This document shows positions 22,980-36,200 of a stretch of DNA of 64,000 nucleotides, one piece after another; positions within the stretch are counted from its first letter, which is position 1, and each line of letters begins with the position of its first letter. The position numbers were made by a program, and so were the translations under genes. The stretch is from NCBI GenBank assembly GCA_977862235.1, contig OZ374562.1, positions 2,728,001 to 2,792,000 of the forward strand. Reading direction: 5' to 3'. Source of the stretch: Dudresnaya verticillata (lineage: Eukaryota). A model generated the notes under the pieces. That model worked only from the letters and a program-made list of their open reading frames with translations, did no database searches and was not told the origin of the DNA.

Positions 22980-25900
22980 TTAAAGGGGAATGCCCCGTTT
23001 GCGATGGTACCTCGCCACGAGGTTGTGAGGAAGGTTCTCCCGGGGTTCCCACGTGTCGTCAGAGGCCGAGCGCTGGTGCCAGCGGAGCTTATACCGTGCT
23101 GACTCAGGGTCATAGGACATGATCCGATCATAGACGTGCTCCCGCGGAGTAGGGCGCTGATAGCGCGAGAAGCGGCGCTCCGTTGGCGAAGTCTCAGGCC
23201 CTTGCGCAGGGCTTTCGCTCTCGACGGCGGGAGGAGTGGCGTTAGTGGGCTTCGCCGGTCCCGGCTGTAGTGCGGTCAAGGGCACGGTTCCCGCTTCGAT
23301 GGGGCCTGGCCCAGTAGCCGGATTCGCCTCCATGATAGTAGGGGCTTCACCCCGAGCATCCAGCGGCTCGTCAGGGGGAGGCGCTAGCGTTACCCTGTCT
23401 AGGGAGACTGATTCCCGTTCGCCCTTGACTTCAAGGACCACAACGTGCGTGCCACGATCCACCACCTTATATGGGCCTAGCGCCTTAGGAAACAGTTTGC
23501 CTTCGCGATCCACGCCATCCACGTCTTTCACCCGAGTCTCGCGCTCTAGGAACACCCCGCTGCCAACTCGAATATTCCGGTTCGCAGAGCGGACTCGTCG
23601 GTTGAAGTCCGATTGATAGCGCTTCGGCGCGAGCCTCAAACGGGGGAGAGCGGTGCCCATCAATCGCTCCAATCGCTCTGATAAGCGTTTCTTGACGTTA
23701 TTCGCGGGGAAATTAGCAACTTCCACCGTCTCGGATCGCTCCAGGAGCAGGGCGTTCGGGGGATTTGAGATCACCAGATCGAAAGGGGATAGCCCCGTGG
23801 CTTTGTGCACCGTAGTATTGTACGCAAACGTGAGTGCGTTAGAAACTCATCCCAGTCACGCTGATTCTCAGCGATGAAGTGCCTTAGCCCGGCTAGAATG
23901 GTGCGATTAAAGCGTTCGGTCTGGCCGTTACTTTGCGGGTGATATGTAGACGTAAATAGATTACGTACTCGCAGAATGCTGCAAATGTTCACGAAGAACT
24001 TCGAGGCAAACTGGGACCCATTGTCCGATAGCACATATCGCGGAGGTCCATATACATAGGCCCAGTGGTCGCAGAAGGCCTTAGCGACGGTATAGGCCGT
24101 AATCATCTTGAGCGGAACAGTCCGGGTTAGCTTTGAGAAGCGATCCGTGATCACGAGTAAATACTCATTTCCCTTGCTTGACTTGGTCAATGGACCTAAA
24201 ATGTCGATTCCGACAAACTCCAAAGGAGCCGTGGTGGGGAAGAGCTTGAGGAACGAAGTATGCTTCCTCAGCTTGACTCGTTCTTTCGCGCATTGGACGC
24301 AATTCCGAACGGTTGAGTAGACGGCCAAGGCCATATCTGGCCAATACACTTGCCGGGTTAGGTTGTGAAACATGCGGGTTCCTCCTGGGGAAGAGCTTGA
24401 GGAACGAAGTATGCTTCCTCAGCTTGACTCGTTCTTTCGCGCATTGGACGCAATTCCGAACGGTTGAGTAGACGGCCAAGGCCATATCTGGCCAATACAC
24501 TTGCCGGGTTAGGTTGTGAAACATGCGGGTTCCTCCTGGGTGGCCAGCTAGGGCCGGATAATGGGCCAAATGTAGCACCTTTCTCGAAGGGTCGCGGGTA
24601 TGAGAACCTGTATGGCTCCATCCACGTAAGCTTTGCGGGCGAGGAGCCCTCGTTCGTCTTCCAAGTAACACCCGGGGCTTCCCATATCAAGGCGCTTCTG
24701 CACGTCTTGGCAGAACGAGTCTCGTTTTTGCTCTCGGAGCAGCTCCTCTACAGTTACTTGTGAGACACTTGCCTCGTCGGCTCGCTTCTCCGCCGCGGTG
24801 GCGATGAGTATCTCGTCCATGTGACTGTAATCCTCGAGGGGTTCGATGTCCCACGCCTCTAGGGGCTCTATTTTGGTGGGTCTATCCGTGAACAACATTG
24901 TCTCCGCTGAAGTCATCCGGTCTGGACCGTCTTCCTCTTCGGCTATGAAGCAAGGTATCTCGAGATCAGGCTCCTTGTGGGTATGACCCCATGTCGGGAG
25001 GCGAGACACCGCGTCGGCAATCTGGTTCTTACGCCCCGTCCGGTATTGGACCGTAAAGTCATATTCCAAAAGGCGAAGCCTCCATCTCGTCAAGCGTCCT
25101 GAAGCGTCAGACATACTCATGATCCAGCGTAACGCTTGATGATCCGTGAAAAGATCGAAGTGAGACCGTTCCAAATAGGGTCGCAATATCTGTAATGCCC
25201 ATACGACGGCGAGAAACTCTTTCTCTCCGACTGAGTAGTTCTTCTCAGCTTTCGTTAGCGAACGGCTCCAGAAACCAATAGGGTGTCGATCACCGTTCCC
25301 ATCGGTCTGCATCAGGGCACATACCACTTGATAGTCGCACGCGTCGGTGTCGACTGATAATTGGCGTCCCACTTGCGGCAGTTGGAGTATGGGCGGAGCC
25401 ACGAGTGCTTTCTTCAGAAGCGAGAAGGAATCTCTTTGTTCCTCATTGAACGTCGGGAGGTTGAAATCCACTGTCTTCTGCAGTAATGCGTTAAGCGGCG
25501 CAGCAACTCTCGCAAAGTTGGGCACGAACCGTCTATAAATGTTGCACAAGCCAAGGAAAGAGCGTAGCTGCGTTTGCGTCTTTGGTTCCCTAAACCCGTC
25601 GATGGCCTGTGTGTTCTTCGAGGCGACCTCCAGGAGGCCAGGGCGGACCACGTGTCCCAGATAATCGACGCTCTTCGCGAAGAAGTTACATTTCTTCAAC
25701 TTCAGCGATACTCCTGCGTTCTGGAGCACCTCCAGGATTTCCTTTACGTGAGCAAGGTGCTCTTTGACGCTTTTGGAGAAGATGATGATATCATCCAGAT
25801 ATACCAAGCACGAATTCCATCTGAATCCAGACAGGAGAATGTCGACCGTTCGCTGGAACGTGGCTGGTGCATTACATAGCCCAAAGGGCATGCGGCAAAA

Positions 25901-27497
25901 TTGGAAGCATCCAGCGTGACAAGCGAACGCCGTCTTCGGCTGGTCTTCCTTGGCGACCGGTATCTGCCAGTAGCCATAATTACAATCAAGCGTTGTGAAG
26001 AATTGGGCATCTCCCAGAGAGTCCAGACACTCGTCCATACGAGGCAAAGGATAAGAATCCTTGATCGTTACTGCATTAAGCTTTCGATAGTCGACGCAAA
26101 GGCGTAAGGAGCCATCAGGCTTATTGACCAGCACGACTGGGCTCGCGAATTCCGACCGCGCGGGTTGTATGACCCCTGCTTCCAACATCTTGGCTACTTC
26201 CGCTTGTTCAGCCTGTCGAGCTTTGGGACCTGCCCTATAGGGTTGTGAGAAGACGGGCTTCGTCCCTGGCTTGAGCTCGATATGGTGCTCAGTGACTTTG
26301 ATAGTCCCGAGTTTACCACTCCACATTTCCGAGAATGGCCGGAGCATCTTGCGTACTCGACGCTGATCCTTTGGTTCCAGATGTGAAAGGTTTAGGTCTT
26401 CGACCGTCATGTTGGCGACCGAGGCCTTAATGCCGGGTTTTGGATCCGTATCCGGAGAGAAAGCAGCAGCAAGCCCTGCCCCCCCACATCGAGCGACGGC
26501 TCGTCGGGTTCGTGAGGAGCAGATGGGGCGTCCTCGAAGGACAGAGCGTAAACTGGGGTTGTGGAAGGAGCCGGAATGGCGTGTCCAATCTTCTGGCGTT
26601 TGGCCAGGCGCTTCGGGCCTTGAGAGAAATTGGCCACCTTGACCCGGAACGGCCGGTTAGGTTGCACGTCGATGATGCCATTTGTGGCAACTAGACCCTG
26701 TCGGTCGTAGAGCCGCTGGAAGGAATCCATGAAGTGTACACCTCGCGCCGGACACGTGACCGTGACCCATGCTTCTGACGCCGCTGGTATAACAACCGAA
26801 TGTGCCACGCGCAGGTGTCGCGGTTCGGGAGGACCTGTGGGGACCTCTTGTGATTCCTCGGGGCGCGAACCGCGGGGAAGTCCGCATCGTCGGCGTAATA
26901 TCGGGTGTATGGACCCATCACGCAAGACGGCGCGTTGACGCTTGATTCTCAAGTTATCGATATGGTGGTCGATGAAGGTACAACCCAGGATCACATCCAC
27001 GGCGAGTGCTTGGACGACGATGAAAGGTTGTCGGACCGTGTAGGTTCCGATTCGAACGTACAGGGAGATAGTCCCTAAAGTAGTTAGTTTGTGCCCTGAG
27101 GCTGAAGTTAGATTCACGATGGACCGCCCAGAAGCGATCTTCTCTTGATCCTCCGAGGAAAGAGCACCAGCTCGTATGAGGTTGGGGCATGCCCCTGTAT
27201 CCAGGACCGAAAGGACGCGAGAGAGTTCGTCAAGAGAGGTCCCAATGGACGCTGCCACTTTATAGTTATATCGCGACAGCGCGCATATGGGATCCTTACA
27301 ATACGCATCAAAAGTGCGTCCTCGAGGAAGCCCTAGAGGGCGAGGTAAGATCTTCCTTGGGAGAAGGTTTGCATCGGATTCTGGTTCCGGCCGATCCGGG
27401 AATGACGGGGACGGGTGGCCGTCCTCGCTCGATCGGTCGGGGGACCCCGGGTCGCGTAGCAAGAGCTGCGATTCGACGGGGTCCAAGGTCCCCCAGT
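22980..27497 (-). pseudogene. pol: Pol of C (PR-RT-RH-IN-chromodomain), frameshifted
   Basis: VLDTGA, YLDD, DACD, HPQSNGQTER, GPY, YKLRW..DTWEP. Confidence 0.93.
24239..24540. repeat. 151-bp tandem duplication inside C integrase
   Basis: GAAGAGCTTGAGGAACG...CCTCCTGGG present twice with period 151; TGGG microhomology. Confidence 0.93.
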
Positions 27498-30121
27498 CTA
27501 GTTTTTCGGCACACGGCCGTGTCTTGCTGATGGGGATGCCGGTAAAGGCGGAGGAGGTGGGAACGGTCTGCCACTTGGGCGAGGAGAGCGGGGGTTACTC
27601 CGCGGCCTATCCACAGGATGGTTGAGCGCGTCGGCGAACTGCACCTGGGGACTTGCCGGTCGGGGTGCCCCCCTGTTCTCCGGGTGCGGGCTGGCCGTGC
27701 CCTCGTTGAAATTTCGACGTGAATTTTGAGGACCTGGATCCGAGGGACGCATCTCATTCGCGAATGATGGCGAACGGCCCACGATGGACAGCCATTCCCG
27801 TTGCTCCCTGGAGAGTTGGGCATAGTGGTTACGTAGTATCTGTGAGAAGCCACGCTCGTCTGTTCGTGCCAGATATGGGCAATTGGGCTTTTTATGTCCG
27901 ATACCCAGACATTCGAAGCAGATGTCATTCGGCCTATCCTCCACCACTAACCAGCCGGGACGCTGTGTGCGAGATGGTTGGGCCCACGAGGGAAGCCTCG
28001 GATTCTGGTTGGATAGTACCGCACTGACGGAGTCATAATAGCTGTCCGTAGCGTCCGAGGGGCTGTGGACCAGACGCCCGAAGTTGTTACGGACGAATCC
28101 GGCGCTTGGCTGTCGATGGCCGCCAAAACGGCGTCCTCCGAATCGGAGCTAGTCCTTGTAGAGCCACCACTGTCACTTGACGCGACCTCAGTGTTGGGAC
28201 GTCCCTGTCTGACCAGTAGTGCCCGGCCGGCCTTCTTGGATTTAACGGAGGACTTCCCTCGCAACATTGAAGTACCAGAGACACGCTCTCGACGACCAGC
28301 GCCCATTAGGGCCCGGTGTGAGTCATCTTGGGTAGTAGCCAGTTCCACATAGTCGGCAAGCTTTGCCGTCCGTGGGTCCAAACCCGAATTGCTCAGTAAC
28401 GGCTTTGTGGCCGGCAAGAGTCCGCGGATGAACCGGGTAATAAGATCCTGTTCTGTATACACACCCGCGACCTTTCGAGCCTTATTCTGGAGGCGTCGTG
28501 AGAAGGTCACTTCGTCCTCATCCTCGGCTTGTGCCATACTCGATGTACACATCCTTCGCATATGTGCGTAGAAGGTAATTGACGGCCTCGGGCCACTCGG
28601 AGAATCCTCCATTATCATCCCCGGCCACGTCGAAGTTGGCTTCGAACATGTCTCGCGCATCCTTATCCAGGAACTCGGGAAGCACAAGGATTGCTGCTCC
28701 TTCGCTTATCCTGGCTTGGTCCAGTTGGCGCTTCAAGGCGGCTAAGTTCAGCAGACGATAGCGTCGACAAGAGAGAACCTGAATGAAAGCCGGGTTCTGC
28801 GGCGCCAGCTCCTTAACGTCCGAGCGTCTAGGTCCTCGCCAAGAGGGGCGCGATGAACTCCTCGGTGGGGAACTATCCTTTTCGGAGAACTGCGGCTGAC
28901 GCCGCTGCGCCGGCCGGCGTGGTTCATCCCGGTTTCGACGGGATTCAGTCCCTTGGCCAGTACGACAGGTTCTGCAACGTGAATGCGCAGCGCGCGGATT
29001 GTCAACCTCCGAATGGTCGTGTACCGATTCCACATCGGAGTCTCGCCTAGGCGAATGACGTCGTCGGTCTCGAGTTCCTTTCGGCACCGGGCTCCGGCGT
29101 CGCTCCACTTCAGGAGATAAGTCCTTCTCAAGAAGGCAAAACTGGAGACGAGTCTCGATTATGTTGATCCGATGCCGTTCGTCGGCTAGCTCCTTCCTTA
29201 AGAGCGCAATTGCTCGGTCCTGTTCTACGCACGTGGCGTCATTCCCATCGAGACGAAGGGCTCGAACTGCTTCGGACGCTTCTTCCCGTGAGAGGTCCAC
29301 TACTCGAGTGAGGGACTCAACATCTCCGTGGATCGTTTCCACCCGCTCCACGAGCGATTCTATCCTCGCATCGAGTGATTCCATTTCATCCGCCACTCTC
29401 TGTCCTGTATCGGAGTGGCGGATGCGGCCGGTTATTTCCTCTTGACACAAGGTCAGTATCCGCTCATCTCGGCGACCGGCTGACTCATCAATGTAGCGTT
29501 TTACACGCGTGAGCGTTTCATCAGCCTGTGCTGCGTAAGCGGCCTGATTTTGGTCGCTACGAGGTGACCAACACCATCAGCGACCATTAGGTGGATCTCC
29601 GATTCCGTAAAGCATCGGACATCCTCCGAATTGGTATCCGTTCGGGTCGGCTGCCCATATCCAGGCGCCGAGTCAACATCTGTCGGTGCCGCGTAGTCGG
29701 TCGATCGTCCACTGGGGAGTCGCCCTGATTCCGGCATCACTTCTGGACCCTGGTCCTCATTCCCATCCACTTGTGTGGATGTTTGCGGTTCTGGCCGGGT
29801 CATTTTTCCTTCTAACGAGGCCGAATCCCTTCCAGGGTTCGGCATTAAACCGGGGGTAGTCCCGAGAACAAGGTCGGGCCTAGAACTTCCAACCAATGGC
29901 GGTCGTTCGCGGTTTGATCTTGGTTCGGGATCGTCTTCATCGGGGGCGTCGCCGTCGGTATGGCGTCGCCCCAATCGCCCGTCCGAAGGGCTGCGCCTTA
30001 GCGCGGCAGTCCCAGAACGGGTGGTAACGCCCGAGATACGGACGGAGGAAAGACTTACGGCACGACTGCCACCACGGCCGATGAGGCTCGGCCTAGTTGT
30101 ATCGCCGTTCGATGTCGGCAT
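27498..30121 (-). pseudogene. gag: Gag of C (frameshifted, with internal deletions)
   Basis: MPTSNG start, YLLRTYAKD, CFECLGIGHKKPNC zinc knuckle, ends KN*. Confidence 0.88.
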
Positions 30122-30690
30122 CCTTCCGATGGTATGGGACTAATAACCCGTCCCAAAAATAGGTAGTAATTCCGGAAGGACCGGTGGGTCGATGGGACTT
30201 TTCCCGATGCGCCAACCGGCGTTCCGTAAGTGTTGTCGCACGAGGCGATGCGTCGAAGGGGAATCCTTTCCAGCTTGAGCACGGTGCTCGTACGTAAGCC
30301 TTGGTAGACTTCAGGGCTACCAGCGATTTCTCCAAGAGGACTCTCCAACTTGTGCGCTGGCACGGCCTGTACAAAAGGACGGTGTTTTACCAGGATGCAC
30401 CGATAACCTGTCGAAGCAGTCTTGAGGGGGGCGTCAGTCACGCCCTCAACGGCAACTTCTAAATGGCCACTAGGGCCGGTTGTAATTCCAAGAATAAACG
30501 TGCTCGCCACTGATTTGACGCTACTGAGCGGCTTGAGATGGAGCGTAGAAACCGTCAACAATCCTAACTAGGGTTTCAACACCGGTTGGCCGGGAAACTC
30601 GTCCTTGACACGAAACAACGTCTTGAGTCTTGTACTCGTTGAGTTAACCAACCAGGGTTGAGGAAGAAAGCGGAAACCAACCCAGAACAC

Positions 30691-30708
30691 TTCTAGGTCG
30701 GGAGACCA
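30691..30708 (-). promoter_or_regulatory. PBS of C (TGGTCTCCCGACCTAGAA), probably tRNA-Tyr
   Basis: Adjacent to the 5' LTR; identical 18-mer in B and D. Confidence 0.85.
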
Positions 30709-30709
30709 G

Positions 30710-31307
30710 TGTAGCACAACGGGTCCAGCCCAGGAAGAGTAAAAAGAACAAAGGACACCTGTCCGGAATCGTCGTGCTCACAGGTAGCTCGGGTGTGGTA
30801 GAGGCTTGGTAGAATGGCGCTAGGCCAGGAAAAAGGAAAAGGAAAAGGGGACGCGACCCGGTAATCCGCAGGGAACCTGCCGTACGGTGACGAGCCTGTA
30901 GTTGGCGTCCAAAACGGGAACAGGAAGCGCCCGGAATCCAGAAAATGGTCAAGACCGATAAACGCCCCGTGGGGTTCAATCAGGGGTGCCCTGCTATTCA
31001 GGGGACCAATAAATAGGGCTTTTGCCCGTGCTAATACTAACTACTACAGTGTACTGTACACGAATTACATTGAGCAATGGGAGGCGGATCTACGCCCCTG
31101 TGGCTGCGTATAATCGGGAAATATCCCAACGCCGCACCAATGATCAGGCGCCAATTGCGCGTCTGAGGCGCAGATGACTTCGCGCCAGGCGCCAATCACG
31201 TGTCGCATCATGGCGCAGTCCAGCAATGCCAGCGCCTTACAGGGCATTGGCCCGTTACGACTTACAGCGTTGAGCGCCCACTTGGCGCAAATCGCCGTTG
31301 TGCCACA
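30710..31307 (-). repeat. 5' LTR of C
   Basis: Repeat of 18668-19260 with ~10 substitutions and 2 indels by eye. Confidence 0.95.
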
Positions 31308-31312
31308 ACGTC

Positions 31313-31367
31313 GTCGAAATAGCGTTTCACCCGTGTGAGGGTTTCATCCTCCTGGCTTTCAAGCAGC
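31313..31367 (-). pseudogene. gag: Short continuation of B gag
   Basis: LLESQEDETLTRVKRYFDD joins ATARRDDQLL across element C; C has DETLTRVKRYIDE at the same position. Confidence 0.75.
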
Positions 31368-32024
31368 GCCAATACGCTCTTGCGGGCCGCAGGCGTCGAC
31401 CCGAGCGACCCGAGCGGCTCGCCCTCGGATTGGTGGGCTCGCGTCTTGGCGACGGTCCCAACTTCGGCAGCAACGCCTGTGCGGGGGTCAGCAGCTCTGC
31501 CGGTTATGGCGCCTAGTGGCGGGAGCGCGGTGGGCTCTTCGTCTACGACGATGCCTTCCAGTGGCGAAACGCCTACGGCGAGCAAGGTTTCCCCGACGTC
31601 GTCGACGGGGGAAATTCCCGGAGCGCCGAAGGCGATCATTTCGGAAGTTGCGCCAAAGGCGGTTAGCATTCCGAAGACGCCTGGGGCGAAGGACAAGGAT
31701 GTCTTGTTGACGCCTAAGGCGATTGCATCGCGCTCAACGCCGGTGGCGGAAGGGGCTTTGGGGTCGCCGAAGCCGGTGGCCGCAACAGTTGTATCTACGC
31801 CCAAGGCGACTGACCAGTCCGATACCTCGCCCAAGGCGCAAGTGGATGCCACAGCCAAGGCGGCGACGGTGGCCGGCGCCTCGCGGCCCGCGGCCACGCC
31901 GCCTTGTCCAGCTCCTACGTCACCGACAGATGATGATGGCTACGAGGCGGCTCTTCGCAAGTCCGCCGAAGGCGACGAGGCGGAAAGCCTTGGTACGCCG
32001 AAGGCGGCTGAAGGTAGCGGTTGA
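31368..32024 (+). pseudogene. Probable 3' remnant of an antisense ORF of D (Ser/Thr/Pro/Ala-rich, repeated xPKA)
   Basis: Open + frame at the position equivalent to the B/C antisense ORFs; APKA, TPKA, SPKA, SPKP repeats. Confidence 0.5.
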
Positions 32025-33244
32025 TTCCTCGTCTGTGACGGCTTGGCGGGCGCGAGAGTGCGTTTCATGAGCTTGGTCGCTCCTCGCGGGGCGACCCAAG
32101 CGGGGAAAGTAGGCGTCTAGCGACGATGACGGCGACGTTAACGTAGCCACATAGTTAGCGTAGGTACTCGAAGCGATGTTATCGAACGCATATGCGGATT
32201 AAACATCTTCGTTACTTTCGCATATTACCTTGCTGATCCCTCGTCGTTGTGAGCCCTGTGCCGTAACCCGCGCTCGCCGTCGGGCGTCCATTTGGGCGTT
32301 TGAGACGTTGAGGGTATGTTTCACGAGCGTCGTATTCCTCGCATAGTTCGTCCTTGACGTACTCACGGCCGAGGGGGTGGTCTACGTATGTTATCGTCGT
32401 AGACCGCCATTGGTGTTGTTGTTTGGGGTTCCTGCGCTGCGACTCGTCTTCGACGTTAGGGGCAACGCGCATAATCGGCCTCTCTCATTGCGCTTGGCGT
32501 CTTGTCGTGAAACTTGGGTGCGAGGCCGGCTCGTCGTTGACGGGAAAAGTTGTCCGCTCGTCTCGGACGTGGTGAGTGGAGGTAGCGTGCGATGTGAAAA
32601 ACGCCGTCTCCATCTTGACTCGTCCTCGACGTTGTTACGATGAGTTTGCTACGGCCTCGACGCGGAGGCATCGCTTGTTCTTCCTAGGGTGCGGCCGTCT
32701 TCCTCCTCACTTCGGGTGTGACGCATCGTGTACGGACAGCATAGCCGGGGTTATTCTCGTCTGCGACGCTCTCGCCCCAGAGTCTCGCGTCCTTACGTTG
32801 CCCTTTCCTGCGTAATCATTACGTCCCTTTCTTCCTTCGTGGCGCCTGCGGCGTGCGGTATCTCGTACCCCTTGTGCACGGCGGCGCATTTCCGCGAAGG
32901 CGGAGTGTGGTGGCGGCCGACGTGAGTCACGTAGCTTGCCGTCCGGGACGGCCAGCCGCGCGTCCTCGCGAGTAGTGGTAGCGTGACTTCCTTCTGACCG
33001 TTCGGAGCGACAATTGGCCATTCGCGAGGCGCCTTGGGCGAATAATTATTTTTTGTTATTTTTCCTATTTTCTTTCCATGCGCTGCCACCCGGGACCAAC
33101 GTCTGGTGCTTTCGTGGTGCCAGCGCTTCGGCTCATCCCGGCTGACAGCCCCATTGTGGGGTGTGCGTATGAGGATCCGCCCTGAGCGTGCTTCCGCCTT
33201 TGGCGTTCCAGGACGTCAGTCCGTGCGTGATCGGTCGGGGCGTA

Positions 33245-36200
33245 TTACCCTAAACGAGCGTCGTCAATATTCGGTGGAGGGTCCGTTCGCTTTTGGCGGT
33301 GGTACCGCACGATATGCGAACGGGGTAGATTCGACACCGGTTCCCACGTGTTCGCTGTGGGGGCATATCCGAACCATTTCACGAAGTAGAGGATCTCTCC
33401 GTCATCCGCGAACGCGTGCTTCTCGATCCGATTGATGACGTACTCCCCTTCGCTGCCGGCGACTGGTTGCTTACGTTTCGCCATGGGCGGGTCCTTCGGC
33501 TGCTTTGGTCCTCCGCCGTGGTCGTACAACGGTCCTGCGAAGCGTACTCGACGCGAGGATCGCCGTGGGCGGGTAGCATCCCGTATAGCCGAACGTACGC
33601 CTTCGGCGGGAGATGCGCTTGCTTCTGGCGTTTGCGTTGCCGACATGGTCGGAGTTTGTCCTTCGCTCCTTAGCGTAGCCTTGGTTACGTCGGTGGCGCC
33701 CTTAGTCGGGCCAGCCGGCGGCGTGGCCGGGGTATGCCTGGCGACGTCGAGTCGGGTGCGGATGCCTTGCGGTTCATCGTCGTCTGAGACGGACTGCGAT
33801 GACTCACTACCGGGCCCGGCCGCGAACGGAGCCAACTCGGCCAAGCCGCGAACGGACGCCTGTGGCGAACGGTCGCCACGCGTCTGTTGATCACTCCCAT
33901 TCGGGGGTGGCGCTGCAGCGGCGTTCGTCTCGTCGTTGACGACTCCTTGGTTTGGTGGCGCCCCATTAGACGGCGGACCCGCAGTCGGGGGGTGTTGATT
34001 GCGACGTGACCCGGAGGGGTCGGCGCCCAAACCACGCGGTCCCTTGACAAACGTTCGCGTTCGTTACGTCCTTTGTCGACGGTAATCGTACCGTCTTCGA
34101 CGCTGATCACTCGGTAGGGCCCATCCGCCACTGGCGCCAACTTTTGCTTGCGCTCCGCTTGATCCCTTGAGGTGCCTCTGGCGAAATACTCCTTGCGTAC
34201 GAATTCGAAGTCTCCTGCAACAATTTTCTCGGCGCACTTCCGTAGTCGGGCGTCGATGTTTCGCTTATAGCGGGCTTGCGTTTGCGCTAAGGTCGCTGTC
34301 GCGGTACTCATTAATGCGGTCAGCCATGCCCTCCACTTCGTGTAGTACTGACCACCGGTGGGGACGCTTTCCAGCGACGGTTCCGCTTGGAGCGACAGCG
34401 GGAGTGGTGGCCGGGAGAGTACCAACTCGAACGGCGATAACTGTGTGGACGAGTGAACCTGCGTGTTATAACCAAAGGTCAAAGCATCTGTGAACATATC
34501 CCAATCGTGAGGATGGTCCGCCATGTAATGAAGCAATGATGCGAGTATCGTTCGGTTAAACCGTTCTACCTGTCCGTTACACTGCGGTTGGTACGTCGTG
34601 GTGAAGAGATTCTCGACACCCAGTAGACGACAGACGTCCTGAAATAGTTTGGCGACAAACTGCGGCCCATTATCTGACAATAAGCGCTTGGGCGGGCCAT
34701 ACACGAATACCCAATGTCGGACGAACGCTTTTGCGATTTCTAAAGCCGTAACTGTACGCAAAGGTACCGTCCTGACCAGCTTCGAGAAGCGGTCGACGAT
34801 TACAAGGAGGAACTTGTTTCCACGTTTCGTGCGTATGAGTTCTCCAAGTATATCGATACAAACGAACTCTAGCGGCTCGGTAGCCGGAAACAGCTTCATC
34901 TCCTTCACGTTCCTCCGTAGCAGGACGCGGTTCTTCGCGCAAGTAACGCAGTTGCGAACAGTTGCGTAGCAATCTACCGTCATGGACGGCCAATAGAATT
35001 CGCGTCGGAGCGTCTGATACAACTTCCTTCCTCCGGGGTGTGCCGCTAACTTAGCGTAATGCCTGAGGTGCAGGAGGCGTGCGCGTAACGCGAATGGCAC
35101 AACGGTTTGTGGCCGGGCCTCTACGGTTCGTATGAGTCGTCCTTGCTCGTCCATCGCGAACGGTATCGACTCTCCGTCATCGAGACGCTTCCGAATTTCA
35201 GTACAGTACCCGTCATTGGCCTGGGCGTGGATCAGCTCTTCGTGCGTTACCTGACGTAAGAGCACCTCGTCCGTTGAAGGCGTGTTTGCGACGAGTAGCC
35301 GGTCGAACTCTTCGAAGTCTCTGTCTAAAAAGTCGACTCCGCCTTCCGCGCGGGTCGCACCGTCGGTTGACGTCTGATGTTCGTCCTCGACGTGTCCCCC
35401 ATGATAGCACGGCACATCGTCGTCAATCGGTTCAACCGTTTCCCCATTCGTCTGTAGACGCGAAAGGGCATCGGCCTGGGTATTCAAGTAACCCTTCTTG
35501 TATTTAACGACGAAGTCGAATTCCGAGAGGCGAAGTCTCCATCTCATCAAACGTCCCGAGGGGTCGCTGGTTTCCATCAACCACCTCAGCGACGAGTGGT
35601 CCGTGTGTACGGTGAACGACTCCATCTGGAGGTAAGGGCGCAACGTTGTAACGGACCACACTACCGCTAGACATTCCTTCTCAGAGACGGAATAGTTGCG
35701 CTCCGGAGCGGTAAGCGAACGCGACCAGAAACCGAGCGGCTTCCGCTCCCCATTGGACTGCGTCTGGAAGAGAGCGCACCCGACTTGATAGTCGCTGGCG
35801 TCACAATCGACGGAGTATTGTAAGCCTGGCTACGGTAACGCCAATACCGGCGGACTGGTTACGGCCTTGACGAGAGTGTCGAACGCGGCCGCTTGTACTT
35901 CGTCAAATGACGGTAGTGTGAACTCTTGCTCCTTTCGGAGCAACTTGAGGGGCGCCGCGACATGCGCGTAACGCGAGACGAATCGTCTGTAGACGTTAAA
36001 CAACCCGAGGAAGCTGCGTAGCTCCTTCTGGTCCCGCGGGTGCTTGGCTTCGCGTAGGGCGGCGGTAACCGTTCGGTCGACTTCCAATCGTCCCGGACGT
36101 ATCACGTGACCCAGGTAATTGACAGTCGGGGTGAAGAAGTCACACTTGGCCAGCTTCAGAGTCACCCCGGCTCGGTGGAGAGTTGAAAGAATCTCGTCAA

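Larger units (their letters stand above)
18668..31307 (-). mobile_element. Full-length Ty3/Gypsy chromovirus-like element 'C' with antisense ORF, nested in B gag
   Basis: LTRs 18668-19260 and 30710-31307 (~98% identical by eye), imperfect 5-bp TSD GCGTC/ACGTC, PBS 30691-30708, PPT 19261-19271. Confidence 0.95.

Noticed and set aside
30691..30708. tRNA gene
   Set aside because: Only an 18-nt tRNA 3'-end match (a PBS); no cloverleaf
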